64,000 nucleotides of DNA, taken from positions 1 through 64,000 of the forward strand of contig NIVC01000678.1 of NCBI GenBank assembly GCA_002269645.1, read 5' to 3'. This DNA is from Macrostomum lignano. Its lineage: Eukaryota. Shown here one piece after another: positions 13,718 to 26,960 of this stretch. Under the pieces are notes generated by a model. That model was not told where the DNA came from. It made no database searches and saw only the letters and a program-made list of their open reading frames with translations. Made by a program: the position numbers and the translations under genes. Numbering within the stretch: position 1 is the stretch's first letter; each line of letters starts with the position of its first letter.

Positions 13718-15879
13718 TTCTTTTGAGCATTTGAGTTCATATCTCTCTAAAGCCTAGGTATTCTATTTAAAAGAATTTGAAACAAAATTAATAATTAGCT
13801 TCAATGGTAATGCTTATTTTCATGTTACCTTTTGAGTAATTGATACTTATATAAGAATAGGCCTAACCCTAAAGAGAATAAACTATTTAGAATTAAGATA
13901 TTTACTTTAGAATCTAGTAAATTGCTTAAAGGGCAGAATTTCTACCAAAGGGCCACACTCCAGATCATGTAGTATATGCCAAAAAATTTGGGTATGCATT
14001 GGCCTTGCATACCAAAAGTTGGCATACACAGTTGGTGTGTGGGACTCCCAAGAAAAAAGTATGCATATACACCTTATGTATATTAGATAGAATCAAGCAA
14101 AAAGAGTTAGTGTTACTTGTAAATAGAAAAAAATCATTTAAAAAAGTTTGCTTTTATCCAGGGATATATATTTAAAAATCAGAATACTTGTATAATAGTA
14201 TTTTGCATTGTCTACTTTGCAGTGTCTACTTTTACCTGAGATAAATCTTAGAACATTAACTTATTTATGTACTTTGCTTTACAAGCATTGCTATTTTATG
14301 TTGATTAATAATTATCAATATTATACTTATATGATTGTAATCTTATCTTAAAAGCTAATCTATAGAAATTTGCTCTAAGTATCCATAAAATAATCCAAAT
14401 ATATTAAATCTCTAATATTTGTATGCTTGTCCATAATGCTTTAGAGCTTGCAATTCTTCACCAATTTTGATCACGTTTTCGCCAAAAGATAATTTACTAA
14501 ATTCATAGACAAGAATATCTAGATAAATATTTATAAATAGACAAAATGCTTGGTTAGGTCTATAGTGGCTTATAATATACCTTACTAGATAAGTTGTTAA
14601 CATTTAAGTTTGGCAAATAAGCTTACTTATATATCTTTTGGCAGACAATAATAGACAATGCAACAAAAAGCTATGTATATATATTTATATGCAATACCTC
14701 ATCAACCTGGCCTATGGCTATTCTAGCTAAATTAAAGGCTATTAGCCAAGGTAAATTTTTAATTTGATTATTCCAAAAGTTTAAAGGCAATAAAGATGAC
14801 AGAGAACCAATGCAAAAAAGATAAAAGAGAAAGAAAAAAAATTCAAAAAAAGATAATAGAAAAAGAGAAAAACCTAAAATTGACTTTTAAAATGAACTAA
14901 AGTTGCATAGCAAGTCTAAACTATAGAATTTGCATGTGTATAGATAGGCATATACATGTAGGCATATGATATTTTCATGAGTGATTTAACCAAATACAAT
15001 TTGTTATGTGGCTAAGATAAAATTGTTTTGAGACTAGAGACATGGCAGCCATATTATAGTAGCTTGTATCAAATATTGTAAAAGAGTAATTATGTTATGA
15101 AAAAAATTAAGAGTGAGGAACAATAGGATGGATTGGAATTATATTACTCAAATTATATTAAAGAAACATCTATTGGTAAGCTAGGCTTATCTAAAAAGTA
15201 AAAGATGTAAACAAATTATTGAAAAAGTAAATTTTGATTTAAGACTTTTATTTTTTTATCAACTATAATGATAAATTGTCAATTTGTATTGTGAGTTGCC
15301 AAATTTTAACTTACTAGATCAGTCAGCAGTTGTATAAATATATGCCTCACTTTTATAGCCCCTAAGAGATCAATACTATTAGGTCAAATAAAGGTCTCAA
15401 ATACAAAAAAATTGTTTGCTTTTACTAATAAAGTAAATAGATTTAAAACTTACTAAACTATTGCTCTATTTAGTTAAATGTAATGTCAAAAGTTCACATT
15501 TATACTTTATTTTAAAAAGACAATATTTAGCTACAAAAGTTTTTGTAGGGAGTATTGCAAAAAGTGATTCTATTCATATCTTTTGTATTTCAGTTGAGGC
15601 ATGGGTTTATTGCACTTAAATTTGGAGCGCGAGCTTCAAGTTATTGATGGGCTGATAGCTAGTCTAAATATTTCGCAGGTAAGCATTCCAATTGTATGGA
15701 TTATACAACTATAGGTTTTTCTAGGGGACAGGATTTTTGTGAGCATAAAAACCAATAAATATGACTTGTCAGCTCAGCTTGTTAAAGAGAGTAGATTTTA
15801 GTCGATAAAAAAGGTCCCGACTGCAATGGTTAAAAGTTTCTGACTGATTCTCCTGTCTCGCAACTCGACCAGTCTGCAA

Positions 15880-16677
15880 TCAGAACACCTGCTGGCACTC
15901 GCAGATGAAAGCTATGGTCGAATCGCAAGCAAAGTCGTCAATTCCATTTGTAAACCCGCTAAACAGAGCCGTGCAGGCCTGGTCTGGGAATCCATTGTCC
16001 GGCTGTCCTTTACCTTTGTCCCACACGTGCTGGCTGATTGACAGGTTGCAGTCTGCCCAACGCCAGCCGTCAAGTTTTATGGTGTTGGCCGAAGCCTGAC
16101 TGCCGCCCAGGTAGTAGTCCAATGCCCCCATCTCAGGAGTTGTCAGGCTTAGATTTGTCAGTCGCATTAGATAGGCCGCTTCGTCAGTATCGATTGCGTC
16201 AGCCAACTTGGTTAAGCCCGGATCTAAATTGCAATGCAGATGAGCATTCGCCCAGGTGGCTGGCGATTTGCTCACCAGCTTGTAGGCGGTGCCGTGCAGA
16301 GTGTGCTCGTATCCGGGCGGACACAGGCGACCCGGAGGTAGGCCGGGTAGAGACCTCACATACACAGTCACCTGACGAGTGCAGCTCGGCACAGACTGCA
16401 CCCGGTGACTGCACGCATCGAACAGGAACAGCTTGCACTGACAGGCGCTATCAGTCAGCAGTCGGAAGGCCTGACACTTGTTCTTCCTAGCGCAGGCGAT
16501 GCTGCACTCTAGCGGAGTGCACAGACCCGGCACAGTCTGGGTGAAGCTGGCGTTCACGCAGTCCAGTCCAACAGTTTGATGGAATGCCCTCCTGTGCTGC
16601 TCGCTGCAGGACTCCGAAAGATTCACCGCTGTGCTTAGCAGGTGCAGCAGAATCGTTCTGATGATGAAGAGCGACAT
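15880..16677 (-). CDS. Intronless secreted protein, 265 aa: signal peptide + PAN/apple-like domain + C-type lectin domain
   Basis: Hydrophobic N-terminus, CSIACARKNKCQAF (PAN/apple core), and CTLD hallmarks CPPGY...TWANAHLHC...LA...YYLGG...WRWAD...W...QPD...C...DDFACDSTIAFICE. Confidence 0.9.
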   Translation of the reverse strand: MSLFIIRTILLHLLSTAVNLSESCSEQHRRAFHQTVGLDCVNASFTQTVPGLCTPLECSIACARKNKCQAFRLLTDSACQCKLFLFDACSHRVQSVPSCTRQVTVYVRSLPGLPPGRLCPPGYEHTLHGTAYKLVSKSPATWANAHLHCNLDPGLTKLADAIDTDEAAYLMRLTNLSLTTPEMGALDYYLGGSQASANTIKLDGWRWADCNLSISQHVWDKGKGQPDNGFPDQACTALFSGFTNGIDDFACDSTIAFICECQQVF

Positions 16678-17579
16678 TTTAGTCAGAAGGGTGCAAAAAT
16701 TTATCGGAGGCCGTGTGACTCTGTCTCGGCTTTTATTGACTGATTAATTTTACTCGATTTTTCCTGTAAAACTGAGTCAATACTTGACCGATGCAAAGCC
16801 TTCCACTAGCTATTGTCCTATTGTCGTCCAACTTGGTAATCATCTAACAATGAATTTTTCCATTAGCTAGCGCTTCTTTCATCGCAAACACAATAGACAT
16901 GGCCTGTCGTCATTCTGCTTTTTATTAAAAATTTTCCCCCGTCTTATCAATGAATAGCGATCCGTGACCGAATCCTGTCTAAAAAATTGCAATAAAATGT
17001 TGGATTATTTGCCAATCAACTTTTCAGTGCAACTGCTAGCTCGCTCAGATAATTGACACTGGCATTGTCTGTATCCCTACTGTCTGTATTTGAATTGGAT
17101 CTTGCCAATGATTGACAGAGTCTGTTTAGAAAATTTTCCCTGTTCATGGAAAAAATATGGCTGTACTACTGACATCAATCAACAGGAGAAAATCTTGACT
17201 TTCGCTGCAGCAATAGTAGGATCTGCGGCTTGTAATGATAGTTGAGGCTGAGAATTTAGCACAGACTTGGACAAAAAGGGCTGGACGCGCAATCTGGGCC
17301 TGGTGAAATGTGGTGCTGGGGCACTCACAAAACACTTCTATGTAGCAATATTATAATAGTATAGTACCTAATGATAGCGAATCTACAGAACAGGCGTAAG
17401 GACGCGCTAGCCTTTACTGATACGGTACGGTAGCACAGTCCTGGCAATTCCAAAGGAGGAACACAGAAAAGGCAGCGCTTACCGGTCAAGTCACGTGAAT
17501 CTCATATATCGTATATCTTTTATCTCGGGAAAAATCTCTTACTCGTATGTTCTCTTCGAAGAGATTCGCACTAGTTCTC

Positions 17580-18380
17580 TTAGTTTTTATATAACTCAAC
17601 TTGACTTTTCAAGCTAAAATCGGACGAAAACCAGAGTTGACTCAAACCCCGCAGAGTCGGCCAACATGTACCCAAAAAAGAGAGCATAAAAGACAAAAAA
17701 CACAACCAATCGGCGTGGCCCGCAGGGCAGAGCTGACCAGCCAGGGAAGGGCAGAGCCAATCAAAGCACACAAAGGGGTGGGGCCTAAAGCCCCCTGCCA
17801 GAGGACACGGCCCCCAACCCCCCAACCAGTCGGTACTGGTCTGGAGCAGCCGGTCCCGACAAACAAACAAAACAAGCAGTGCGCCTGCACTACAAAAGAA
17901 CTGTTTTCCCAAACCATAAATTAACTGTTTAAGTCTCTGGTACATTGCTGCATAAATGGCATTGCTGGCATCACATTCAAAGGCAACAAAAAGATCTTCG
18001 GATCTGTAGTAGTGATTCAAAGAATACAAATTACAAACGGTTGCTACACAATTTGACACATCAATTTTAATCTTTAACAGATCCTTGGAATTTCTTCAGT
18101 CAGAGGCTGGCAAAATTCTGTTTGAAAGGGCAGCGTCAGACATAGCCAGATACTCGTAAAATGAGCGACTTCTGCAAAGCCGACATGAAAGACCAAATGT
18201 TCCAAAGCCAAGCGACATGTTTTATATAATAATGGATCACAAGTGTACTTCCATTAAGTTTGTTAGTTTGCAACCAGCAATCTGTTAGGCCCATTCCGTT
18301 CGTACTTCTGAGCCACGTGGCTTCTGAGGGTGTACAGCAGCTCTGACTTTCTTTTCGTTGGGCATGCACGCTGTCTTTAG
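17580..18380 (-). mobile_element. Possible degenerate non-LTR retrotransposon 3' end (ORF2 C-terminal knuckle + 3' UTR)
   Basis: Minus-strand fragment TCRLALEHLVFH resembles the C-terminal CCHC-like motif of LINE ORF2. Frames are broken; weak evidence. Confidence 0.3.
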
Positions 18381-18415
18381 ATAGCTAGCTCGTAGATGGA
18401 TGGATACGAGCTTGT

Positions 18416-19024
<609 letters not shown>

Positions 19025-19068
19025 TAGTTACGTGCGTATTGCTCACTATCTTCATTTCTCTCTCTCAG

Positions 19069-22000
19069 ACAGACGAATTCGACCGGCGGCTGCTGCAGCT
19101 GATCGGTTCCGAAGTTGCCTCCCCGCTGCGACTCCTGCTGGCCAGCGCGCTGCGAGAAGCCGCCGCTGACGCCGACGTCGCCACGGCTGCCGCTGTTCAA
19201 GTCCGCCTGCTGTGCTGGGCAGCCGACTGCGCGACCGTCTTTCAGGTGCCTGATTGACAGCTTATGCAAAGTGTGGTAAACTATCTAAACTAGCCATACA
19301 AGCTTTTCACGCCACATTCTATACTTTCTACTTATCAGTAGACGAACTCTGACAGTGAGAAAATCTGTCGAAAAGCGTAGAAATTCTGACTGTTCTTTGA
19401 AAATCATTGACTGACTGACTGAGCCCTTCCCCGTGGCCGCTATTGCAGTTCCTCTCCGTGCTGCCGGCCACTCGTCGCCGTGTCCGATTCCGCGAGCTGC
19501 TGCAGTTCTGCTTGGACCGGGACGAATCACTGCCGGCCCTGCGCCTGCTGGACGGCCTCTGGCGCCTGGCTGCGCCGGCTCCTACCGCTAAGGAGGCCAA
19601 GGATTCGGCGACTAAAGTTGCCGATCTGGTTGTCGGGCCGCTGGCTTTGGAAGCGGCGCTACGCTTCGGCGGCGCTCTGCCCGCCCGTTGGGGCCGACCT
19701 GCTCAAGAGGCGGTCGTGCGCGCTCACCTGCTCGTGTTTGCTCGGCTTCCCGCCTCGATATCCGCTCCTAAATCCGCCCCTTCATCCGCCCCTGCGCCTG
19801 GCCTACTCGGCGTCTACCAAACCGCCCAGCGTCTCCTCGGCTCGCCGCCGCCTCCGAAGCCGCTGGCCTCCGCCCTGTCTGGCGACATTTTAAACTTCCT
19901 GATTCGCCAGTTCCTGCACCTCACCGACGGCGAGGAGGCCGACCCGGCTGCCTGGATCGAGGCCGCGTTGTCCTCGGCTGACCTCGCCGAGCTCCTGCCG
20001 CTGGCCGAGGCCGTTGCCGGCCTTCAGCCGCTGCTGTCGACGTCCTCGACGTCGCCTGAGCTTGTCGACCGACTCCGTGTGCTGTGCGCTGAGCTGTTGG
20101 CGCCGCTGCTGGACGCTGGCGGCGCGGCGCTTCGGCCCTGCCTGCCAACCGGCGGTCAGGCCGGCCTGCTCACCTGGCTGCTGGCCAAGCGGCCCGGTCT
20201 GGCTGCCGATGTGCTCGCCGACTGCCTGCTGGCTGCTGGCGGCGGTGGCGGAGGAAGTCGCGACGATGAACTGCTGGAGAATCTCGAGTGAGATTTATTG
20301 GCTGGGTGACATGGGCGCTTTTCTAATTTGGGCTTGGGTCTCTGAGACTCTTTAGTAGGGATTCGAAATCTTTGTTATTCAGCCAAGCTTAAACATCATC
20401 GGTTAGAGATATTTAGAATCCTGGATTGGGGTTCTGTGGGTTCCATTAGGTATATGGATTTGTATGATCCCAGCAGGATTAGGGATCTGTATGATCCCAT
20501 TCCCAGTAGGATTAAGGATCTGTATGATCCTAGCAGGATTAGGGATCTGTACGATCCTAGCAGGATTAGGGATCTGTATGATCTCAGCAGGATTAGGAAT
20601 CTGTATGATCCCAGCAGGATTAGGGATTTGTATGATCCCATTCCCAGTAGGATTAAGGATCTGTATGATCCCAGTAGGATTCGGGATCTGTACGATCCCA
20701 GTAGGATTAAGGATATGTATGATCCCAGTAGGATTCGGGATCTGTACGATCCCAGTAGGATTAAGGATATGTATGATCCCAGTAGGATTAGGGATCTGTA
20801 CGATCCCAGTAGGATTAGGGATCTGTATGATTCCAGTAGGATTAGGGATCTGTATGATTCCAGTAGGATTCGGGATCTGTATGATCCCAGAAGGATTAGG
20901 GATCTGTATGATTCCAGTAGGATTCGGGATCTGTATGATCCCAGTAGGATTAGAGATCTGTACGATCCCAGTAGGATTAGGGATCTGTATGATCCTAGTA
21001 GGATTAGGGATCTGTATGATCCCAGCGGGATTAGGGATCTGTATGATCCTAGTAGGATTAGGGATCTGTATGATCCCAGCGGGATTAGGGATCTGTCCTA
21101 AATATGAGTCTTAGAGATCTCAAGCCACAGGGATCATACAGATCCCTAATCCTACGGTGCCTAGAATTTTAGAATCTTAGAAAGTCGAAACTCGAATCTC
21201 TGCAAAAATTTTAACGACACCCAACTTCACCCCTTCCCTTCGCAGTCTGATTCGCCAGCTGTCAGCCAGCCTGTCCCATCTGGACTTACCTGCTCTGTGC
21301 CGCCGCCTACACGACGCGGGCTGCCTCGGCCGCCTGTGCGACATTCTGCCGCGTCTACGTCGAAACGCCGATCTGCTGTCCTCGTCGCGCCGGTCTCGTG
21401 AGCTGGCCAACGCCTGGACAGAGCTGTACTGCCGCCTGGTCACAGGCATGCCACCCGACCTGGCCGCCGAGCAGCCGCCGGGCCTGCACGCCTCCGCCCT
21501 GGCTGCCGAGCGGATCGAGTCCGGCCTGGTCCGCCTGGCCAACCGGGTCACCGCCGAGGCCGGGCCCGGCGCCATCGACGACCCGCTGCTGCCAGCCCTG
21601 CTGCTGGCTGCCCCGGCTGACACCCTGGCTAAGCTGATTGGCTGCTGCGCCCAGCTGACTGGCAGGCGGTCGACTGACGCAGTTGTGCAGGTGAGAATTG
21701 GGGGTATTTGACTGACTTACCTGTAGTTTTATTGTTGATAACTTCATTTGAAGCTTCGTGATTCGAATTTATAAAACTCCAAGTTTGTAAGGCTTCCAGC
21801 TGGTAAATCTCCGAGCTGGTAAATTATCGGGCAGGTAAAGCTTCCAGCTGGTAAATCTCCGAGCTGGTAAATCTCCGAGCTGGTAAATCATCGGGCAGGT
21901 AAAGCTTCCAGCTGGTAAATCTCCGAGCTGGTAAATCTCCGAGCTGGTAAATCATCGGGCAGGTAAAGCTTCCAGCTGGTAAATCTCCGAGCTGGTAAAT

Positions 22001-25000
22001 CTCCGAGCTGGTAAATCATCGAGCAGGTAAAGCTTCCAGCTGGTAAATCTCCGAGCTGGTAAATCTCCGAGCTGGTAAATCTCCGAGCTGGTAAATCATC
22101 GAGCAGGTAAAGCTTCCAGCTGGTAAATCTCCGAGCTGGTAAATCTCCGAGCTGGTAAATCTCCGAGCTGGTAAATCTCCGAGCTGGTAAATCTCCGAGC
22201 TGGTAAATCTCCGAGCTGGTAAATCTCCGAGCTGGTAAATCTCCGAGCTGGTAAATCTCCGAGCTGGTAAATCTCCGAGCTGGTAAATCTCCGAGCTGGT
22301 AAATCTCCGAGCTGGTAAATCTCCGAGCTGGTAAATCACCGAGCTGGTAAATCTCCGAGCTGGTAAATCTCCGAGCTGGTAAATCTCCGAGCTGGTAAAT
22401 CTCCGAGCTGGTAATTGGTAAAGATTATAGCTGGTAAAGCACATCTGGCTTTTATTATAAATTATTTCATCAAATCCGCAGGCCATCCTCTCCCATCCGC
22501 TCGTGGCCGCCGCCCTGTCGGCCAATCCGGGCCTGCTGGCCGACTCCGCTGCCCGGTCGCTGTCCAACGCCGCCGACGACCCGGTCGCTCAGGCCAGCAT
22601 TGTGGCCTCGTTGAACTGTCGACCGGCCGGCTCCGAGTCTGCCGATGCGTCTCAGCTGCTGCTGCTGCCGCAGATTCTGGCCGCAGCCGCAGCCCAGTCT
22701 GTCCGGCTTGGCGCCAAATTCTGGTTGGAGCTGATGCGACTCGTGCCGGATGAGGCTGCGCGTTGGTAAGCCACTGCTGGGGACGAGGGAAGGCCCGGAG
22801 CCATGGGAGATACAGTAATGACCAAAATGGGTTGGCTGTGACTGCGGTTGAAGAGAGACTTTGGGAAGCGAATAAAGGTGAACTGAGGTTAATGAGAGTT
22901 GAGCAGAGGGGATTGAGGTGTAACCGGGGGGGAAATGAGAGCTGAGCAGAGGGCAGATAGGAATGAGGGTCGGGCAGAGGGGAATGAGGGTCGGGCAGAG
23001 GGGGGATGAGGGTCGGGCAGAGGGGGAATGAGGATCGGGCAGAGGGGAATGAGGGTCGGGCAGAGGGGAATGAGGGTCGGGCAGAGGGGAATGAGGGTCG
23101 GGCAGAGGGGAATGAATCGCAAGATCAGATGTCACAATTAGGATTAAGGGGCAGGTATATAAAAGGCCAAGCCGATATGTAGCGTGGCAGACTATGAGTT
23201 TCCTATTCCCACTAATTCGCTAACTCCTCACCTTTCCCCTAATTAACGCAGCCTTGAAGGCCTCAGCGCCGCAGATCTGGCAGCCGCTCTGCTTCTAGTC
23301 TTCGGTGCCACCTGCGCGGCCAGTCAGCAGCTGCCCGACACACCGGAAGTGGACTCGGCGATTTCCGGTCTGGCCGAGGGTCTAGCGGCTTCCACTGACG
23401 CTGCCGCGCCCTCGACTGGCCTGGCCGCGTTAGAGGCCTGCGGCCGCCTGGCTGCTGGCCGACTGTCCGACCGAGTCCGCCTGGTTGCCCTCTGCGGCCC
23501 TCTGCTAAGGGCTAACGGCCGGGTTGGTACCGGGTTCGAATTCCTAGGAGCCGAGCTGGCAGCGTTGACAAACGAATCTGCTGCGATCTGCGTCCTCTTC
23601 ATCGTTGGTTGCTATGGCGGGGAGGCTGGGTTCGCCTATCTGACCGCCAACGCTGCCATCGGTGGCTCGTTGGTGCCGCGGCTGACGAAACCGCTGGATG
23701 CCGCCGCGGGTTTGGTCTGCTTGAGTCTGGTGAGTCTCGGCTTTCAGTTTAGATTGTGTTCTTGGCGCCAGCCCTGATAGCTCAGGTGTGTTCATGGCGC
23801 CAGCCCTGATGGGTCAGGTGTGTTCATGGCGCCAGCCCTGATAGCTCGGGTGTGTTCATGGCGCCAACCTTGATGGGTCAGGTGTGTTCATGGCGCCAAC
23901 CCTGATAGCTCAGGTGTGTTCATGGCGCCAGCCCTGATAGCTCAGGTGTGCTTTAGCGCCAACCTTGATGGGTCAGGTGTGTTCATGGCGCCAGCCTTGA
24001 TGGGTCAGGTGTGTTCATGGCGCCAACCCTGATAGCTCAGGTGTGTTCATGGCGCCAACCCTGATAGCTCAGGTGTGTTCATGGCGCCAACCCTGATAGC
24101 TCAGGTGTGGTCATGGCGCCAACCCTAATAGCTCAGGTGTTTTCATGGCGCCAACCCTAATAGCTCAGGTGTGTTCATGGCGCCAACCCTGATAGCTCAG
24201 GTGTGTTCATGGCGCCAACCCTGATAGCTCAGGTGTGTTCATGGCGCCAACCTTGATGGGTCAGGTGTGTTTTTGGCGCCAACCTTGATCGGTCAGGTGT
24301 GTTTTAGGTGCCAATCTTGATCGGTCAGGTGTGTTTTTGGCGCCAACCTTGAAGGGTCAGGTGTGTTTTTGGCGCCAACCTTGATCGGTCAGGTGTGTTT
24401 TAGGTGCCAATCTTGATCGGTCAGGTGTGTTTTAGGTGCCAACCTTGATCGGTCAGGTGTGTTTTAGGTGCCAATCTTGATCGGTCAGGTGTGTTTTAGG
24501 TGCCAATCTTGATCGGTCAGGTGTGTTTTTGGCGCCAACCTTGATCGGTCAGGTGTGTTTTTGGCGCTAACCTTGATGGGTCAGGTGTGTTTTAGGCGCC
24601 AATTGTGATGAGTCAGGTGTGTTTTTGGCGCCAACCCTGAATGATCAGGTGTTTTTGGCGCCCACCTCAATGGTCAGGTGTTTTGGCGCCAACCCTCAAT
24701 GCCCAGGTGTTTTTGGCGCCAGTGCTAGAAGAGATAAAACCAATTACATTGATTGACCCCTCAATACGTTCAATCCCAGCTGGATCAGCGCTGCGGTTCC
24801 CACCGATGGCGCCGCTGCCTGCAGACCCTGGAGCTGCTGTGCGACCGAGGCATGCTGGACTGTCGGGCCGCGCTGGCCGCCCAGGCTGCTGATGGAGACC
24901 GGCTTGACGATTGGCTGGTCGGTAAAGTCGACGCCCGACTGCAGGCGCTCGGCCTGGCGCTGCTGCACCTCCGCTGCCGACTGGAGGGGTCGGCAGCCGC

Positions 25001-26310
25001 CGGCTCTCAGGTGGAGCCGCTGATCAGCGCTGTCAGGGTGAGGAACTGTGCGGATGGGATCTTTGTGCCGGGGGAACTTCCTCTGCGCTCATGTGATTCG
25101 GGTTGTTTCTTTGAATTCACTCATTGATTGAGGGGTATTTTCTTTAAATTCCCTCATTGATTGAGGGGTATTTTCTTTGAATTCACTCATTGATTGAAGG
25201 GTATTTTCTTTGAATTCACTCATTGATTGAGGGGTATTTTCTTTGAATTCACTCATTGATTAATGGGGTATTTTCTTTGAATTTACTCATTGATTGAGGG
25301 GGTATTTTCTTTAAATTCACTCATTGTTTAAAGGGTATTTTCTTTGAATTCACTCATAGATTGAGGGGTATTTTCTTTGAATTCACTCATTGATTGAGGG
25401 GTATTTTCTTTAAATTCCCTCATTGATTGAGGGGTATTTTCTTTGAATTCACTCATTGATTAAAGGGTATTTTCTTTGAATTCACTCATTGATTGAGGGG
25501 TATTTTCTTTGAATTCACTCATTGATTGAGGGGGTATTTTCTTTGAATTCACTCATTGATTGAGGGGTATTTTCTTTGAATTCACTCATTGATTGAGGGG
25601 TATTTTCTTTGAATTCACTCATTGATTAATGGGGTATTTTCTTTGAATTTACTCATTGGTTGAGGGGGTATTTTCTTTGAATTCACTCATTGATTGAGGG
25701 GTATTTTCTTTGAATTCACTCATTGATTAATGGGGTATTTTCTTTGAATTTACTCATTGGTTGAGGGGGTATTTTCTTTGAATTCACTCATTGATTGAGG
25801 GGTATTTTCTTTGAATTCAATCATTAATTGAGGGGTATTTTCTTTGAATTCCATCATTGGTTGAGGGGTATTTTCTTTGAATTCAATCATTGGTTGAGGG
25901 GGTATTTTCTTTGAATTCACTCATCGATTGAGGGGATATTTTTTAGATATTTTCTCTGGTTTTCTGATTCCTTGGGGGTATTTTTCCACTAATCCAGAGA
26001 TTGCCACTCAGCTGCCAGTCGCGCCCCCACCCGCATCCCCCAGTCGCAGTGCCAGTCGTGGCTCGCCAAACCGACCGACTGCGCCGCCGTTCTCCGCCGT
26101 CTCCTGCTGCCAATGGCAACCGTGGCGTCGCCCGGCCTGGCTCTGCTGGTGGCCGAGACCCTCGCCCGGCTGACTGCTCCGGCCGCTTCCGCCGCGGCTG
26201 CCGACTGTCGGATGCTGGCCGACTTGGCCGAAGGTCTGCGCGGCTCCAACTGGCTCCGGGATCCCGCTGTGCGCAGGGCCGGAGCGCGCCTGCTCGACAT
26301 GTCGAGCTAG
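19069..26310 (+). CDS. GEMIN4: Large alpha-helical Leu/Ala-rich protein, probably GEMIN4-like; exons 19069-19245, 19449-20287, 21246-21690, 22482-22765, 23252-23729, 24780-25037, 26044-26310; start exon unresolved
   Basis: All six junctions are GT-AG and phase-compatible, giving one open frame. Colinear similarity to recalled human Gemin4: ASALREAAA...VRLLCWA vs VEALREISS...ALIIIWA; [16 protein letters not shown] vs CSPQEWQRLHQLTRRLL; SQCQSWL vs SHSCRDWL; MLADLAEGL vs FLKSIAEGI. Gene structure about 0.9; the name is less certain. Confidence 0.55.
20440..21100. repeat. 27-bp intronic minisatellite (GATCTGTATGATCCCAGTAGGATTAGG)n
   Basis: Visible array inside intron 20288-21245. Confidence 0.95.
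21795..22415. repeat. 16-bp intronic minisatellite (CTCCGAGCTGGTAAAT)n with higher-order units in its 5' half
   Basis: Visible array inside intron 21691-22481. Confidence 0.95.
22960..23115. repeat. 21-bp intronic minisatellite (GAGGGGAATGAGGGTCGGGCA)n
   Basis: Visible array inside intron 22766-23251. Confidence 0.9.
23765..24720. repeat. 32-bp intronic minisatellite (GGCGCCAACCCTGATAGCTCAGGTGTGTTCAT)n
   Basis: Visible array inside intron 23730-24779; the sequence drifts from 5' to 3'. Confidence 0.95.
25100..25925. repeat. 33-bp intronic minisatellite (TTTCTTTGAATTCACTCATTGATTGAGGGGTAT)n
   Basis: Visible array inside intron 25038-26043. Confidence 0.95.
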
Positions 26311-26479
26311 GGATAATTTTCCCCTTTTAACTGATTATTAATATTACTTTCATTGTGATTATCGAATGGGATTATAATCGCATTTATTTTAGAAATGCAC
26401 TTATCGAATGTAAATAATATATTCATTGGGATTTTTGGCTATTTGATTAAATAAAATAGGGTATTGTGAAGATTTTTGG

Positions 26480-26960
26480 GATCTTTATCCTCAATAGTGA
26501 TTATGGGATCTTTATCCTCAATAATTGTTATGTGATCTTTATCCTCAATAATTGTTATGTGATCTTTATCCTCAATAATTGTTATGTGATCTTTATCCTC
26601 AATAGTGATTATGGGATATTTATCCTCAAAATTTTTATGGGATCTTTATCCTCAATAGTTATTATGGGATCTTTATCCTCAATAGTTATTATGGGATCTT
26701 TATCCTCAATAGTGATTATGGGATCTTTTTCCTCAATAATTATATAGATATTTATCCTCAAAATTTTTATGGGATCTTTATCCTCAATAGTTATTATGGG
26801 ATATTTATCCTCAATAATTATTATGGTATCTTTATCCTCAATAGTGATTATGGGATATTTATCCTCAATAATTGTTATGGTATCTTTATCCTCAATAGTG
26901 ATTATGGGATATTTATCCTCAAATAATTGTTATGGGATCTTTATCCTCAATAATTTTCAA
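26480..26960. repeat. 27-bp minisatellite (GGGATCTTTATCCTCAATAGTTATTAT)n between the GEMIN4-like stop and SLC25A26
   Basis: Visible array. Confidence 0.9.
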
